This document shows, piece by piece, positions 51,275 to 64,000 of a DNA stretch of 64,000 nt (within the stretch, counting starts at the first letter, position 1; each line of letters starts with the position of its first letter). Both the position numbers and the translations under genes were made by a program. The notes beneath the pieces are model-generated. The model was not told the origin of the DNA and did no database searches. It was given only the letters and a program-made list of their open reading frames with translations. The DNA comes from Balanoglossus misakiensis. Its lineage: Eukaryota > Animalia > Hemichordata. Location: NCBI GenBank assembly GCA_040954595.2, contig CM082585.2, positions 7,913,353 through 7,977,352 of the forward strand, in the 5' to 3' direction.

Positions 51275-51370
51275 TTAACTCCCTTCACCACTATGGTCCA
51301 GTCCAAATCCGTTGTTTTCTATCGGAAAGTTTGGACCTCTAAAGAGGGGAGTAGGGGATGAAGGGGTCAA
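51275..51370. mobile_element. MITE-like repeat family A, second copy
   Basis: Aligns by eye with 65-159 (CAGTCCAAATCC.TTGTTTTCT...TTGGACCTCTA). Confidence 0.7.
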
Positions 51371-52274
51371 AATTGAAAATAATAATTGAGGTCACTGAAA
51401 AATGTTGAATGAGAGATGCACAGATATATAGAACTCGACTGTACGTGGTCAAGTGCATCAGCCCCCAACGTTGACATTTGAATTTTTAGTCCGGACAAAA
51501 AAAATCAGTTCTTAATCTTATTTCGTTGAAACGTGGCATAAGCTTTTTGTGTCTATCTTCGCAATGTGGAACTAAAATTGGCCGTGCGGTTTTGTTTTTC
51601 GCGCATAATGTCTGGGTTGTTGTTCTTTTTCAACTATTTTATTACGACATATGGCAGTCTCGCTCGATACACGCAATTATGTGCGGGCCAATCCCCTTGT
51701 ACATTGAAAGGCCACGGTGGCATTATTTCATATCATTCAGGCCACGGCAAGCTCCCTGCAGGGAACGATATTATACATATTTCCCCCCACGTAGAGGATA
51801 CTAGTATATACGAAAATGTATGAATGGAGGAACGTGGTACTGTACAACAACTTGGTCGCTTTTCAGACCCGACTGCGACCCCTTTGCGATGCGCTCACTT
51901 TGAAAAGGAACGTTACGGTAAATGTTTGCTCGCAAATTTCGAATGGTTTCGCAAAACAGAGAGACACGGCAGCTGCAGAACATCTCAGACTAAGTCGCGT
52001 TGCCACTAGTAACCCCAGAGAGGATTATCTGTCAAAAAACGGTCAAACGAAGCCCGACGGCCGGGTTTCGCCAGAAAATCTACGTCAAAAACGGTTTATT
52101 TTTTTTCAATAATCACAAAACTGTAATAATCTTATGGTCAAAATGTGGAACTATTCAAATATTCTCCTGTAGTGAACTGCACTCGCTTCCTCCCACGTTT
52201 CATGCGCACCGTAGGTGGCCTTAATTGAGTTCTGTCCCTTCTTTTCACTTTATATTTTCATGTTTTTATTTCAG

Positions 52275-53747
52275 AAACACGTATTATTCTTTGCCACACT
52301 TTGCTTTGGCTGCATTCTTCTAGTCTATACTTCATATGAATTGTTCTCCGTGAAAAGGTAAGTTCCCTTTGATAATTCTGGCTGCCTTAAATAGGTTTTT
52401 ACTTCGAGCTAGGGGGTCAAATCACATTATAATAATTGCATTCTGGGTAAAAGGTCGACAACTCACTGTAGTAAGAGATAGACGAAATGATATGTTAGCT
52501 GAATTTCATGACTTCTGGTGGTCAAACATTTTCTATCGTTGTAGTTAGCGATCCCCTGCAGAACGAGGTATGATGAACCTGACTGGAACTATTTTAGAGT
52601 TTCATATTCGTTTTTTTTTTTCAATTTCTACTCTTTAATTAATTACAGTGCACGTGTATTCTCGCCTAAGGCTTTTCTGGAATTCCAGACACCACAAGTC
52701 GAATCGTGCCAGCCTGCGAAAAATCTCGTTTACGTCAAGACGCACAAAACTGGCAGTACAACACTGGCCACCATCTTGTACCGCTTCGGTTACAACAACA
52801 ACCTTTCCTTTCTGTTCACCTCCAAACAACCACTGGGGCATTTTAGACAAAAGCCGATAACACCAGCCTCGGGTCCAGATATGTATCCGCCAATAGGGGT
52901 TCCTTCAGGCGATTACAAAAATTACAAATTCAACATTTCCGCCGGCCACCTCATCTATCACAATCGGAACATCTTTGATATTTTCATGTCGGGGCACCCG
53001 AAATACATAACACTTATTCGAGAACCCGTCAAGCAGTTTCTGTCGTATTTCCATTTCTTTGGTTTTCCACGCCACTTCATGAGCAAGGCCAGAGTTGCGA
53101 CGACAGATGAAAACTCTTATTTGACAGAATTTCTCAATCACCCGAGAAAATACGGCCTAAAGACAGATGGGCCCGTATATGTGACGAATAGAAACCCGCA
53201 GTTGTTTGACTTGGGACTACCTTTACAACAAATGGACAACTCAAGTTATATACGTGAATTGATAACGCAGATTCGGAAAGATTTTGATCTCGTCTTGATT
53301 ATGGAATACCTGGACGAATCGCTCATTCTCCTGAAGAGGCAGTTGTGTTGGGAAATGACGGATATTATGTACTTTAAGAAGAACGTCAGGCGAGCGGATC
53401 CCAGGGAAGCGCCGCGCGACGACCTCGCACGCAAGATACGCGACTGGAACAGCGCCGACGCGTTGCTGTATGAACGTTTCAACCAAACGCTCTGGAGGAA
53501 AATACAAGAGTACGGACCCACGTTTCAAGCGGACCTGGACGAATTCAGGCGACGACTGGGTGATATGACAACGGAGTGTGTTGGTGGACAGGAGAGGAAA
53601 GGCAACAACGAATACGTCAATGTTCTGAAAGCAAACGCCTCTGCGATCTGCAGGGACGTGGACATGTCCATATTTGAGCGCTTCAAGCGTATCGCCGAGC
53701 GACAGAAAGTGCCGCAGAAAGCCAGGAACACAGGCAAACCTAAGTAG
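52275..53747 (+). CDS. Galactose-3-O-sulfotransferase family (GAL3ST / cerebroside sulfotransferase-like) type II membrane protein; exons 52275-52357 (TM) and 52649-53747; start codon uncertain (possibly ATG 52202 in a 9-nt exon)
   Basis: TM segment VLFFATLCFGCILLVY, 5'-PSB motif KTHKTGSTT, 3'-PB motif ITLIREP..FLSYF, FDLVLIMEYLDESLILLKRQLCW, and WNSADALLYERFN. Confidence 0.9.
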
Positions 53748-54163
53748 CTGCCAAACGTAGCTACCGTAACGAATCATTTAAAACGCCTGCTTCAAATACG
53801 CCTTATGTAGTACACCCAGATACGTTTCCAATTTAAATATAGGCCTAACATCAAGTTTGAAAGTCATTTTAGGTCTGCACCTGTCCACCAGGCCTAAATT
53901 TCGTAACGCTTGCTTGCTGAGGAGAAAGAGCTTTATTGTTATATTTGATGATCATGTCATGTGTGCGCATATTGGAGTGCTGGCTAACTTTGCTTGTCCT
54001 AAAGAAATAAAACGAAGAACCAGGATGATGGTAAAAGAAATCGTCCCTTTAATAATTGCATATTGCCAATAAGACAGAGAAGAAAATTATTGCTGATGGT
54101 CGCATACTGGTGGTATTCTGATCTATTGTAAACTTCATAAAGCAAACCATGAAAACTGATAGG

Positions 54164-55054
54164 CTATGCTTTAACTGATTGCATCATCGCCTTTTTGATT
54201 CCGGCAACATCTTCAACCGTAACCCGGCAACAGCCTCCGATCCACTTTGCCCCGGCATCGATCCATGCTGGGACGTATTCCGAAAGTTGTTTGGCGTCTC
54301 GACTACCATGCCAGCTGTCGAGAGAAAAGCACGCAAATAGCTGTACAGTTTGGTGAATGTGAGGCCTGCGCGAATATGAAGCAGGTGGAAAAAGTGAATG
54401 CTATTGGGCACTCTAGTACTATTGACCTGGAAGATCTCATTCAGTTCAAAGCATCCCCATCTCTCACGTCATCAACAAAAATAATGACTGAAACCCAGTT
54501 TGCAATATCAATGTACAATGTAGGGACTGGTCAGTCTCTTTGACGTGGGGGCGGTAGATTCATGGGGGAGATCACCCTGTTTTTGAAATGGGGAGGGGGA
54601 GTTATCCACTTTCCATGTTCAATGGGGCGGTCAGTCACTTTTTGATATCCACAAAATAGAATCCACGCCTCCCCCCCCCCCCGGCTGAAGAAACTGACCA
54701 GTCCCTAAGTTAACTTAGACACAACAATAATTGGCGGAACAGACTCACACTCCGTCGCCTATCCACGTCTCACCACTGTTCGGGTATGCGATCAGTATCT
54801 TGTCGCCAATGTGATCCTTGACGGTTTTCAGCAGTTCTTCCACGTGCTGGGGTGGAGTGCAGTTGACCCCGACTGCGAACACCGATGGCGCTGCTGCGGC
54901 AACTTTCACCGCGTCTACAACTCGCTCGCCATGGCCGATGTGCTGTCCATCCTGTGGGGGGAATGGATTTGTGCATTATTTTCGGGGGGGGGGTTGCGTT
55001 ACTTTTGTATGATTCTGCGACAGAGCGTGCGGCATTGTGAAAGTGACTGTGCCA

Positions 55055-55142
<88 letters not shown>

Positions 55143-57247
55143 CCTCCCTCCCTCCCGCTTTTCCCAATGTACCTTGCAAGAAAATGCGATCCATGATTTT
55201 ATATTTGGGAAATCCTTGAGTACTTCCACGATGGCTTCCGCTTCAACCAGAGCTGGAACGGTGTCAAATGCCAGAATGTCCGGACCAACTTCAGCCATGA
55301 CTTCCACCTGTTGCCTGTGCCAGTCCATTAGAACCTGCAGTGAAAGTTGCAGATACGAACGAACACCAAGATCTGATACATTGCTCTGGTGTGTTTATGC
55401 CTGTTAGACAACTTCGACTCTTTTTTTCTCTCGGCTTTCTCTCGGTCTCTCAGTCTCTCTGAGTGCGTATATATCTCTACCCTGCTTGATCGCATCTCTA
55501 AACAAAAGCCTCACCTGTTTGGAATCATGGGCAACGTATTCGCCGCTGTATTCGGAAGCGTTAAAGTAATACACGGCCCTTGGTCCAAGACAGGCAGCAA
55601 CCAGTGGATAACATCTCCCTGGAAGAGCCACATGTATTGATAACGCTGGCTATTATATTTCCTGCCTGACGTGAATGCTGCACGTGGGAACTTTGCTGTT
55701 TTTGTTTAAAAGTATACATATACTTTGATTTTCACTGTTACGCACACGATAGGTTCAACTTCTGTATTACCTTTATCCTTTCCTGATTTTTTCATCTCTT
55801 CCCAAAACTCGTCTCTTGCTTCGACGGCGAGTTGGACGCCCTTCTTGATTGCTTCTTTGGCTTCGGACTCGCTCATGCCCAGGAACTTCTGGAAACCCCA
55901 GACGCTGGCCTGCATGCAGAGTGTGCAGATACATGTTGATGCAACGTCATTACCAGAATACGTCGACCGATTAATATGCTTTTCTAATATTACGTCATGC
56001 GCACTACGTATTTTCAGATCAATGTGGGAACACTTACCATGTACGTTATGGTCTCGATGACGTCAGCTCCATTTTCGAGAAAGCTGTGGATTGATCAGCA
56101 CGACATGACATTAAACAGTACCACTTCGATATAATGAAAAGAATTGGCATCATTCTGCTTGAAATCAGCTAGCTTAAAGGGACAAAGTCCCTCTTTTTTA
56201 GCGTTTTTTTCGTGAATTTTGTTTGATATGACAACCATGCTGAAGTGAACTGTACTCAATCTCTACTATGCTTATAGACAGACAAGATTGGACATTCACG
56301 AAACAATTTATAGTATCTACATTCCGTGCATACATCTGTATGGGCCAGTCAAGTTTGATAAAACGTTTCATGAAACTAATCCCAAAAGTGGCAGCTCTCG
56401 GAAGGCTTTGAAATATGAACGTTTTCAGGGAATATGCAGTCTTTCACCTCCTGTGGACTGCTTTGACGTCATCAGGATTGGTCACCAATAGCCTGGAACT
56501 CCACAGCTTATCTTCCTGTTAAATAAAAAAAAATAGAATCAATTTACAGTTAATAATCGCCTTGAACCCAGACCTACCGAAGTATTGTATGCAAATCTCC
56601 TTTGCTAGTCGACCCACGATTTGACCCTAAGACTTGTTAAACTTTAGACTTTACAGACTATTTCCTTGACGGAATGGTTGAGTAAAATGTCAGAAAAGCG
56701 TGATGAGAAATTTTGACAATGAGATTTATACGACCGGGTACCTTGCTGATTTCTCACAATGTGTTTGTCGTTTCAGGGGGTCCGCAAAAAAGTAGGCCTA
56801 GATTCTGGAGCCACTCCCTTGGCCTCACTACACCGTGCTGCTGCTTTGGGGTTGAGTGGATACTGTCCGCGTACAATTTTTTTTTTATTAATTAAGAATT
56901 AGTAATCACTACAGTCATGCACGTGCAAAAATAATCCACCTGTGAAATTAAAAATGACGAACTTCAAACAGTTTTCGACTGTCTTTGATCGTGGGTAGAC
57001 GTTGGATTTTGAGCTGGTGGTTGGGCACTATACTGCAGCTAGTAATCGATCGATCATCGCCTCTATGCTTCCACGCTGCCTTGATATTTCATTTCATCGT
57101 GGATATACATATGTACCTGACACCCATCCGCATCCCAGATCCACACACCGACATCAGCAGAATAACACTTACGCCAATTTTAAAGCCTTTGAATTCCAAC
57201 TCCGTGGAAAGCCCGCCATCGATAACTTTATATCCGGAATACTCCAT
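54164..57247 (-). CDS. Homocysteine S-methyltransferase (MmuM/YbgG/Sam4-like), copy A; exons 57247-57173, 56515-56448, 56083-56038, 55909-55771, 55618-55515, 55334-55173, 54951-54749, 54314-54164
   Basis: IDGGLSTELE, LWSSRLL, FLENGADVI, SEYSG, Zn ligands GVNC and IGGCCR, and YPNSGE; intact frame across 8 exons. Confidence 0.92.
54521..54707. mobile_element. MITE family C (PIF/Harbinger-Tourist-like) in intron 7 of HMT copy A
   Basis: TIR GGGACTGGTCAGT / ACTGACCAGTCCC; second copy at 58260-58455. Confidence 0.8.
55058..55142. repeat. (CT)n microsatellite in intron 6 of HMT copy A
   Basis: Seen directly. Confidence 0.95.
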
Positions 57248-57869
57248 TGCACCAGTTGTTCTCTAGCTGGAGATTAATTATTACCTAAGCTTGCGTAAGG
57301 GCGACCCTACTTAGCATTTGAACACATGCGCTCACAGAAACTACACGTGTATAAAACACTGTTTTAGGGTTTGCAGTCGTGTTGGTGTTGCACGGAATAA
57401 AAAAAAGGTGCGTTTTGTGAACATGGCAATTGACTTGACAGAATTTCTCCCCATTGAACTTTTATGCGTATTATTGTGGACGGACTAATTTCCTACCATA
57501 ATTTATGACTGTACGGTATGGTAAAAAACATCATTTATAATTCACTTATGTGTTCGTTATTGAAGACCTCATAATTTGACCTACACCAGTTATATGTACA
57601 CAGACTGACACTGGGCTTTCCTATTGAGAGGGCCCACCCGAAAGTTCATTGAATTCGTCATAAATGGCGCCCTCAAACATATCAGGGTATGGTCAATGGA
57701 GGTCAGAGGTAAAGGTTCAAAGGTCATGCTAAAGCCTCGTCGTCTGCAGCTAGTTCGGCTCGGGTACAACGTTGACAAGTTCTTCAGCTGGTGGTATGAA
57801 CTTTTATGACTTGTTCTTTGCACGGAATCTCGCACGGATAGTCAGCAACGGCATCGTATAGTACTTCCC

Positions 57870-60694
57870 ATGGATTACAAAGTGATCGACGGTGGGTTCT
57901 CTTCAGAGCTGGCCAACCGAGGTTTCGACATCAATGTAAGTGTACGTGATGAGGATTGACATTGATGTGAGCATGAAGGAAGTATATTGGGACAGGGTAC
58001 TTTCATTTTCTCACACAATCATGTCTGCTGGTAGTGTGCTGGATCGATCATAGTGTGGAATCCCAATTATATTGTGCATATGTGGCTAACTGATTGAGCC
58101 AGGGGGCGTGGCAGTCCTTCTCAAGCGAGCGTGGTTGAGTGTCCTGCTATGGCTGTGGCTGTGCCTCTTACTACACATACGTATATATATAATACTGGAC
58201 ACTTTCACTGTTCAGAAACACCGAATGCCGTCACATATTATACCGATTTGTACAACCTTTAGGGACTGGTCAGTTTCTTCGACGGGGGGGGGGGGGGTTG
58301 ATTTTATTTTATGGATATAAAAAGTGACTGGAACCCCCCCCCCCCATTGAACATGGAAAAGTGGGTGACCCCTTTCATCAACTACTTCCAAGACAGGGTG
58401 GCCTTCCCCGTGAATCCACCCCACCCCCCAGGCCGAAGAAAATGACCAGTCCCTTAATATGTTTCTTACAAGCAGAATGATCCCTTGTGGAGTGCCAGAT
58501 TGATAGCAACCAATCCAGACGAAGTCAAAGCTGTCCATAGAAGGTATTAAAACATACACACTTCTTTCTGAATGTTCATACGTGTGGTCAAAGTCTTCCA
58601 GAGAATTTAGCAAGTCACAAAATAACTACCTGTGCCAGTAAGATCAGTTTATTTGTTTATATTTACAGTTTCCTTATAAATGGTGCAGATGTAATTGTGA
58701 CAGGCACGTATCATGTAAGTTTTGATTGGAAAAATTAATTACAGACAGAAATATACAAAGTAGCCCTAGCACTGTCGCCCTGGCAGTTTTTCATTACGAA
58801 GAAATGCAGAATCAAAACTTCACATGACAATCTCTATTCCCAGTAAACCTTGCCCCTGATAAATCATGTCCGCATGTATCTCCACTCAACAGGCTAGCAT
58901 ATGGGGTTTCCAGACTCATCTGGGTGTGCCGGAATCAGAAGCCGAGGAACTGATGCGGACAGGAGTCCGGCTGGCAGTGGAAGCAAGAGATGAATTTTGG
59001 GAAGAATTCAAGAAATCAGGAAAAGACAAAGGTATTGTTTATTAGCTTTGGTCTATCAAATGAAGTAATCAATGTGCTGAAGGTCAATTTTAATAACCTT
59101 TTTTTTTTTTTTTATTTAGAGAGAAGTTTGCCACTGGTTGCTGCAAGTCTAGGGCCCAGGGCGATATATTATTTTGACGCATCGGAGTATACTGGTGATT
59201 ATGTTGCCAATGATTCCAAACAGGTGAGGGTTTTTGGGAAGATACAGAAAGATAGACAAGAAATATACACTCTCAGATAGTGAGACAGAGAGACACTTGT
59301 GATGGGCAGTCAAATTAACCAATGAAGACAGACTGACAGTAAGTGAGAGATTATTATTTTGTCTGCAAATTTTTGTAGGTTTTGATGGACTGGCACAGGC
59401 AGCACCTTGAATTGGTCTCCGATGCTGGCGCGGACATTCTCGCGTTCGAGACCATACCTGCTCTGGCAGAAGCAGAAGCCATCGTGGAACTACTCAAAGA
59501 TTTCCCTACTGTGAAGACTTGGGTGTCATTCGCATGCAAGGTAAGGGCAGTCAACATCGTGCTCTGGTAAAAACCTTTGATCCCTTCGATATTTACTAGT
59601 AAATTATAAGTAAATAGCCAATGAACTTGTTTTACTACTGTACAGAGGTGGCCACTAACACAGGTTCGACTGTACGTGTATTTACGTTGTGCTTGTGTTT
59701 TGTGAATTTTGAAAATGACTTGAATTTCAAAGATGGCTGCCACTCTTTCAGGATGGAGATCACGTCAGCCACGGTGAGAAATTCGCGGAGGTCGCCAAGG
59801 TGATAGCAGCAGCGCCCTCGGTGTTTGCAGTCGGTGTCAATTGCTCCCACCCCCGATACGTTGAGGATCTGCTGAGAAGCGCCAGGGGTCAGATCGGCGA
59901 TAGCAAGATTCTGATTGCCTACCCGAATTCTGGAGAGGTGTGGGCCGAAGCAGATAGCAGGTTAGTAGTGTGAACAGCAATAAGTGTTATCCAACGTGAA
60001 TGATTGAGAAATAGTAAAAGCGGTGGGCTGCAGAGTATCGCATGAAAATACTGTAAAACACTTTATTTTCGAGAGTTAAAATTTTCGCGATATCGAGAGA
60101 GGCCACTGTTTCGCGAGTATTAATTTTCGCGTTCTGCTATTTCATTCACTGCATCGTTATCTTAAAAAAAAATTACGCGACTTTTTATTTTCACGCTATT
60201 TTGGCTCTCGCGTATTTCGCTAAAATTTATTGCTCGCGAAAATAAAGTGTTTTACAGTACATGTACTCACTTTTAGGCACCATTGTGCGTTGCCTGTCGC
60301 TTCAAAAAAATCCCAGACACCCTTGTGTCACAGGGCTGCTACACAGGAGCGCACACACAGATACCACCAGCCCTGTAAATTTACCTTCAAATTCTCATAA
60401 AATACTTGAATGGTGTCACTTCACCCATTTTGGACGAGCGGACAGAATTATCTCACCAATCACCGCGTTGGAAACATCCAAGCACACTTACAAACAACCA
60501 GCAGTGACTTGAAACTGTCAACTTCTGATTTGCTATACAGTTGGCTTAGCAACCCAGACGCAAAGAAAGTTTCTGAGTACGTCTCGACTTGGATTGATGC
60601 GGGAGCAAAATGGATCGGTGGTTGTTGCCGGGTAACGGCTGAAGATGTTGGCGACATTAAGAAAGCCATGGTGGAAAAAGTATCGAAAACGTAG
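57870..60694 (+). CDS. Homocysteine S-methyltransferase, copy B; exons 57870-57935, 58476-58543, 58669-58714, 58893-59031, 59120-59223, 59379-59540, 59752-59960, 60541-60694
   Basis: IDGGFSSEL, DPLWSARL, AFETIP, GVNC, YPNSGE, WIGGCCR; exons 2-6 have the same lengths as in copy A (68/46/139/104/162 nt). Confidence 0.92.
58260..58455. mobile_element. MITE family C in intron 1 of HMT copy B
   Basis: GGGACTGGTCA...TGACCAGTCCC flanked by TTA/TTA (putative 3-bp TSD). Confidence 0.8.
60049..60259. mobile_element. TA-flanked MITE with a perfect TIR of about 23 bp
   Basis: TACTGTAAAACACTTTATTTTCG ... CGAAAATAAAGTGTTTTACAGTA with internal TTTTCGCG subrepeats. Confidence 0.8.
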
Positions 60695-61109
60695 CTGTCA
60701 TACTACAGGTGGTAGTATGCACCTTAAGGTCAGATTTTCAGGAAATTTACACTGCCCTATTATAGTATATTTCACAAGTCTTTTTTTGAAAACAAAGAAA
60801 ATACCAACCATTTTTGGGGTTTGTTTACACAGTATTTATTACGTTGAACAAGCTTTTGGCGACTTAATCTTGGTTTTTAAAAAAATAAATAAAAAGCAAG
60901 TTTACTAAATTTCCACCAGACCAGACCAGCAGTACAGCACTGTACAGATACATGTTACCGGCAATGTTTGAAGTGAAAATGCAATTGATGTACAGAGAAC
61001 AAAACACTGCCATAGCTATTGTCCATTTAAGTACACGAACCCTTCATTGAATATGGCGGCGACACTGTAATTGTGTGAAAAAAGATGGACGAGAAATCGT
61101 GCGAACTAT

Positions 61110-62880
61110 TTAAACTGCCTGAACCACCTGTTGATTGCTCGTGTCTGAACGGACTTGTGGTGGCGCTGTTCTATGGAATGTCTCTCAGGGATACATGTAG
61201 ATAAGTGACCGGTGGGTTTTTACAGTCTTACGAGAGAGACCAGGCTTCACGTCTCTGTAAAATAGAGAAAAGAAATAAATTTGTTAACTTAATTAAACCT
61301 GAAAGAATGCAGTCACAACATATTCCAGTATTAGAGGGGCTGTCTGTATACACCTACCAAGACATCAACTCTGGAGAGACAGCACACGTCTTTGCAGCCA
61401 ATCAACGTGGAGATCAGACTGAAGAGGAGACCGCAGACGTGTGTGATCAGGAAGGCAACGGCAGCAACATCAAACGAACTCTGTGGAAGACAAGACAGTG
61501 TTAGATTTTTTGGGTCGAAAATGGTGTTTTTTTTGTGTGTGCGTGTTTGCCCATGGAGTCTCGAGGGTCTATGGTTTAATTGGTTGCCTTGGTTTGTGTG
61601 TATGCTCTTACTTGGATAACTGTTGCCAGGAACCAAAGATGGATGTTGTTGCTGATGTTGTTGTTGTTTTGTTTACTTGCCAAGAAGCCCAAGAAGCTTG
61701 CTTTTGTTTTTTTTCATGACTATAGTAGTTGTAACACACGCGTACAAAACAAATTGTGTGGACCCTCTGCCTATACCATGGAGCCATGCCTATTGTACAT
61801 ACCTGATTTTGGTCTTCATCGTCATTGATGACGTTGAGAAATTCCACTGACGACTCGACAACCGCTATACTGGAGAGTAAGAAAGTTAGTGAAGACAAGA
61901 CGAAATATCCCACCACCTGAAAAATACAAAACACGAGATAGGAGTCGGGCGAATCAGAGTCCTAATTAATTAATGTTAAATCACCATGCAAGTTGTTTGT
62001 ACAGTAAGCCATAACATGCTTACACCTTATTGGTGGGAAAGATTTTTGGGGACGGACTTACCATTGAGTTGGACCTCCCCCGGTGGGTGCATGTTATCAT
62101 CCCTAGACAGCCACTCGTCAAAAGTAACGTGATCTGTTGCGAAGAGAAACATGAGAAATAAGTCGGGTTTGATTTCGAGAAACAACCACGGTCAAAATGT
62201 TCTCTGTGACGTTCGCGTGTCGATGTGTAAAAGTCTCTTTATCACGATGATCACTTGTGTATTAATGGAGAGGGGAACTGTCCCATTCATTGTTGGTTGA
62301 GGGGGCCGTGTCGTTTTTGATCTTCAGGCAGAAAAAGGTGTTGGAATTCACAGTTTGTCTGTTTATCGGCAGGTGTGAGGTGGTTGCGACACAATGCACG
62401 GAGGTGATGAGGTGTGAATGGTGTCTCTTTGGAAGGACAGGAAACGTTCCCCCTGTCTAAACCCCCAAGACAGCTTCCCTTTGATCAAAGTGGAAACTGT
62501 TCTTGAAAAAAACACGCACTTTTATTATCGGGAGGAGGGGGTCAGACTGGATATTGGCTGTGAATATTGCACCACAAATTCCCTCCACTCCAAATCCATG
62601 TACTTTCTTGGAGCACGGTCTATGTGTGATGGGACCGTGCTTGAATGAATCGCGTACACACACTTACCTGGACAATATCCGCCACCGTCAAAAGCAGCGT
62701 CGCGGGAACATCTCTGCAAAGTGACGTCTGCTGTGGCACGGCGGCCTCCGGGGTAGATAGAACGTTCGGCGCGGAACAGACCACGAACACCGCCAGTGTC
62801 ATGAGTAAGTACATCAGTCCCGAGAGAAAAGTTAGGAGACCACAAAAACTCGAACAGAATATTTTAAGTCTGGCGCCCAT
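61110..62880 (-). CDS. Small four-transmembrane protein (CD20/MS4A-like topology); exons 62880-62668, 62133-62062, 61916-61803, 61480-61358, 61254-61232 and probably 61170-61110
   Basis: In-phase GT-AG exons encode four hydrophobic segments (FCGLLTFLSGLMYLLMTLAVFVV; IVQITLLLTSGCLGMI; VVGYFVLSSLTFLLSSIAVV; VAAVAFLITHVCGLLFSLISTLIG) and a Cys cluster CKDVCC. The family call rests on topology only, and the last exon is tentative. Confidence 0.7.
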
Positions 62881-64000
62881 GTCGGTGATATCGCTATCTG
62901 AGTGTGACGGAAAAAAATCAGAAACCTTTCTAGTAAGTTTAAAAAGTTTCAACGCACTTTCAAAGTTCCGCGACGTGAAACATTACTAACCTTGCGAAAC
63001 TAACGCACCTTTTTGCTGCAAACAGAAGATAAATTACAACACTGTGCCTCTCTGCGTCCACGGCTGGCTTTAAATGTTCCGCGGATCGACCTGCCGTCCT
63101 GGTTCTTCGCATCTGCACAAATACTGTGCAGACAGATGAAAAGGGACGGACGTCTTCAATAAAGACAAAGACAAACGCCCTCTATAGATATCATCACCAA
63201 CGAGACCCAAGGTATGCCGGAGAAAATGCGTACGTTGTCGAGGAGGTAGCGGGTGTGTGTGATGCAATCCCGCCTTGAAGTTCTCACTCGTGGTTTAATG
63301 AGTTGTCGACTTTCCTACCCACAATATAATTATCATAACGTGATTTCACACCCTGCATGAAGTAAAACACTGTTCAAGGTAGCGATAACTGAAAGAGTCG
63401 AAGTGTAACAGCAATATGTATTCCATGCATTTTATTTCAAATGTATACACACAAACATACAATGAAACGTGTTTTAATGAATTCTAAAATCTCCCAGTTT
63501 TCAGACAATTGAAACTCCAGAAAATCTGCGCTCTGAAAACTGCATATAACACCTTCCTCCTGATTTTTCTGATCGTCTGTCACGCCTCTGTTTAGTGAAA
63601 AAAAGTCCCAGAAATTGATTGGATAATATAGGTTTGTTTATAAAAAAAACTTTGTAAATGATACATGTATTCCGCGTATAGTGAAAATTTCACACAATCC
63701 TTACACCACATTTATATTATAGTAAATGTGTAAGTTCAGGTTTAATGGTAAGGCGTAAAACTCCACACGAACCAGAACGGTAAATGACCATGAAGATATG
63801 CCCCAAAAAATACCTAACATTGGGTCTGTGTGCTAGTATACATGGCTTGGTGTTTTGAAGTTGGACCGCACACCCCTGTGTGAAAAATATTGGGAGTATC
63901 CCCCCCTGCACCCTCGGGGGTGCCACTGTGGATGTTCTCGCCGTGCTCCCTGTTTCTATCGAATGCGCATCGCCATGACATTGGTCACCGGCTCCTGAAA

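Overview
Intron-rich genomic DNA from an animal, most likely a marine invertebrate deuterostome (hemichordate- or amphioxus-like; the taxon is inferred, not proven). Seven spliced genes can be assembled by hand: an aristaless-related homeobox gene Arx (+, 4 coding exons), DNA polymerase alpha catalytic subunit POLA1 (-, about 38 exons), CTP:phosphocholine cytidylyltransferase PCYT1 (+), a galactose-3-O-sulfotransferase (+), a head-to-head duplicated pair of homocysteine S-methyltransferases, and a small four-TM protein (-). Arx, POLA1 and PCYT1 have the same order and orientation as human ARX-POLA1-PCYT1B on Xp. The most novel-looking signal is in PCYT1, which appears to have three mutually exclusive phase-0 first coding exons: an NLS-type N-terminus, an acidic FFAT/LIR-type N-terminus, and a hydrophobic plus CxxC-rich N-terminus. 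Several MITE/SINE families and microsatellites are also present. Most entries in the ORF track are spurious or are exon fragments.
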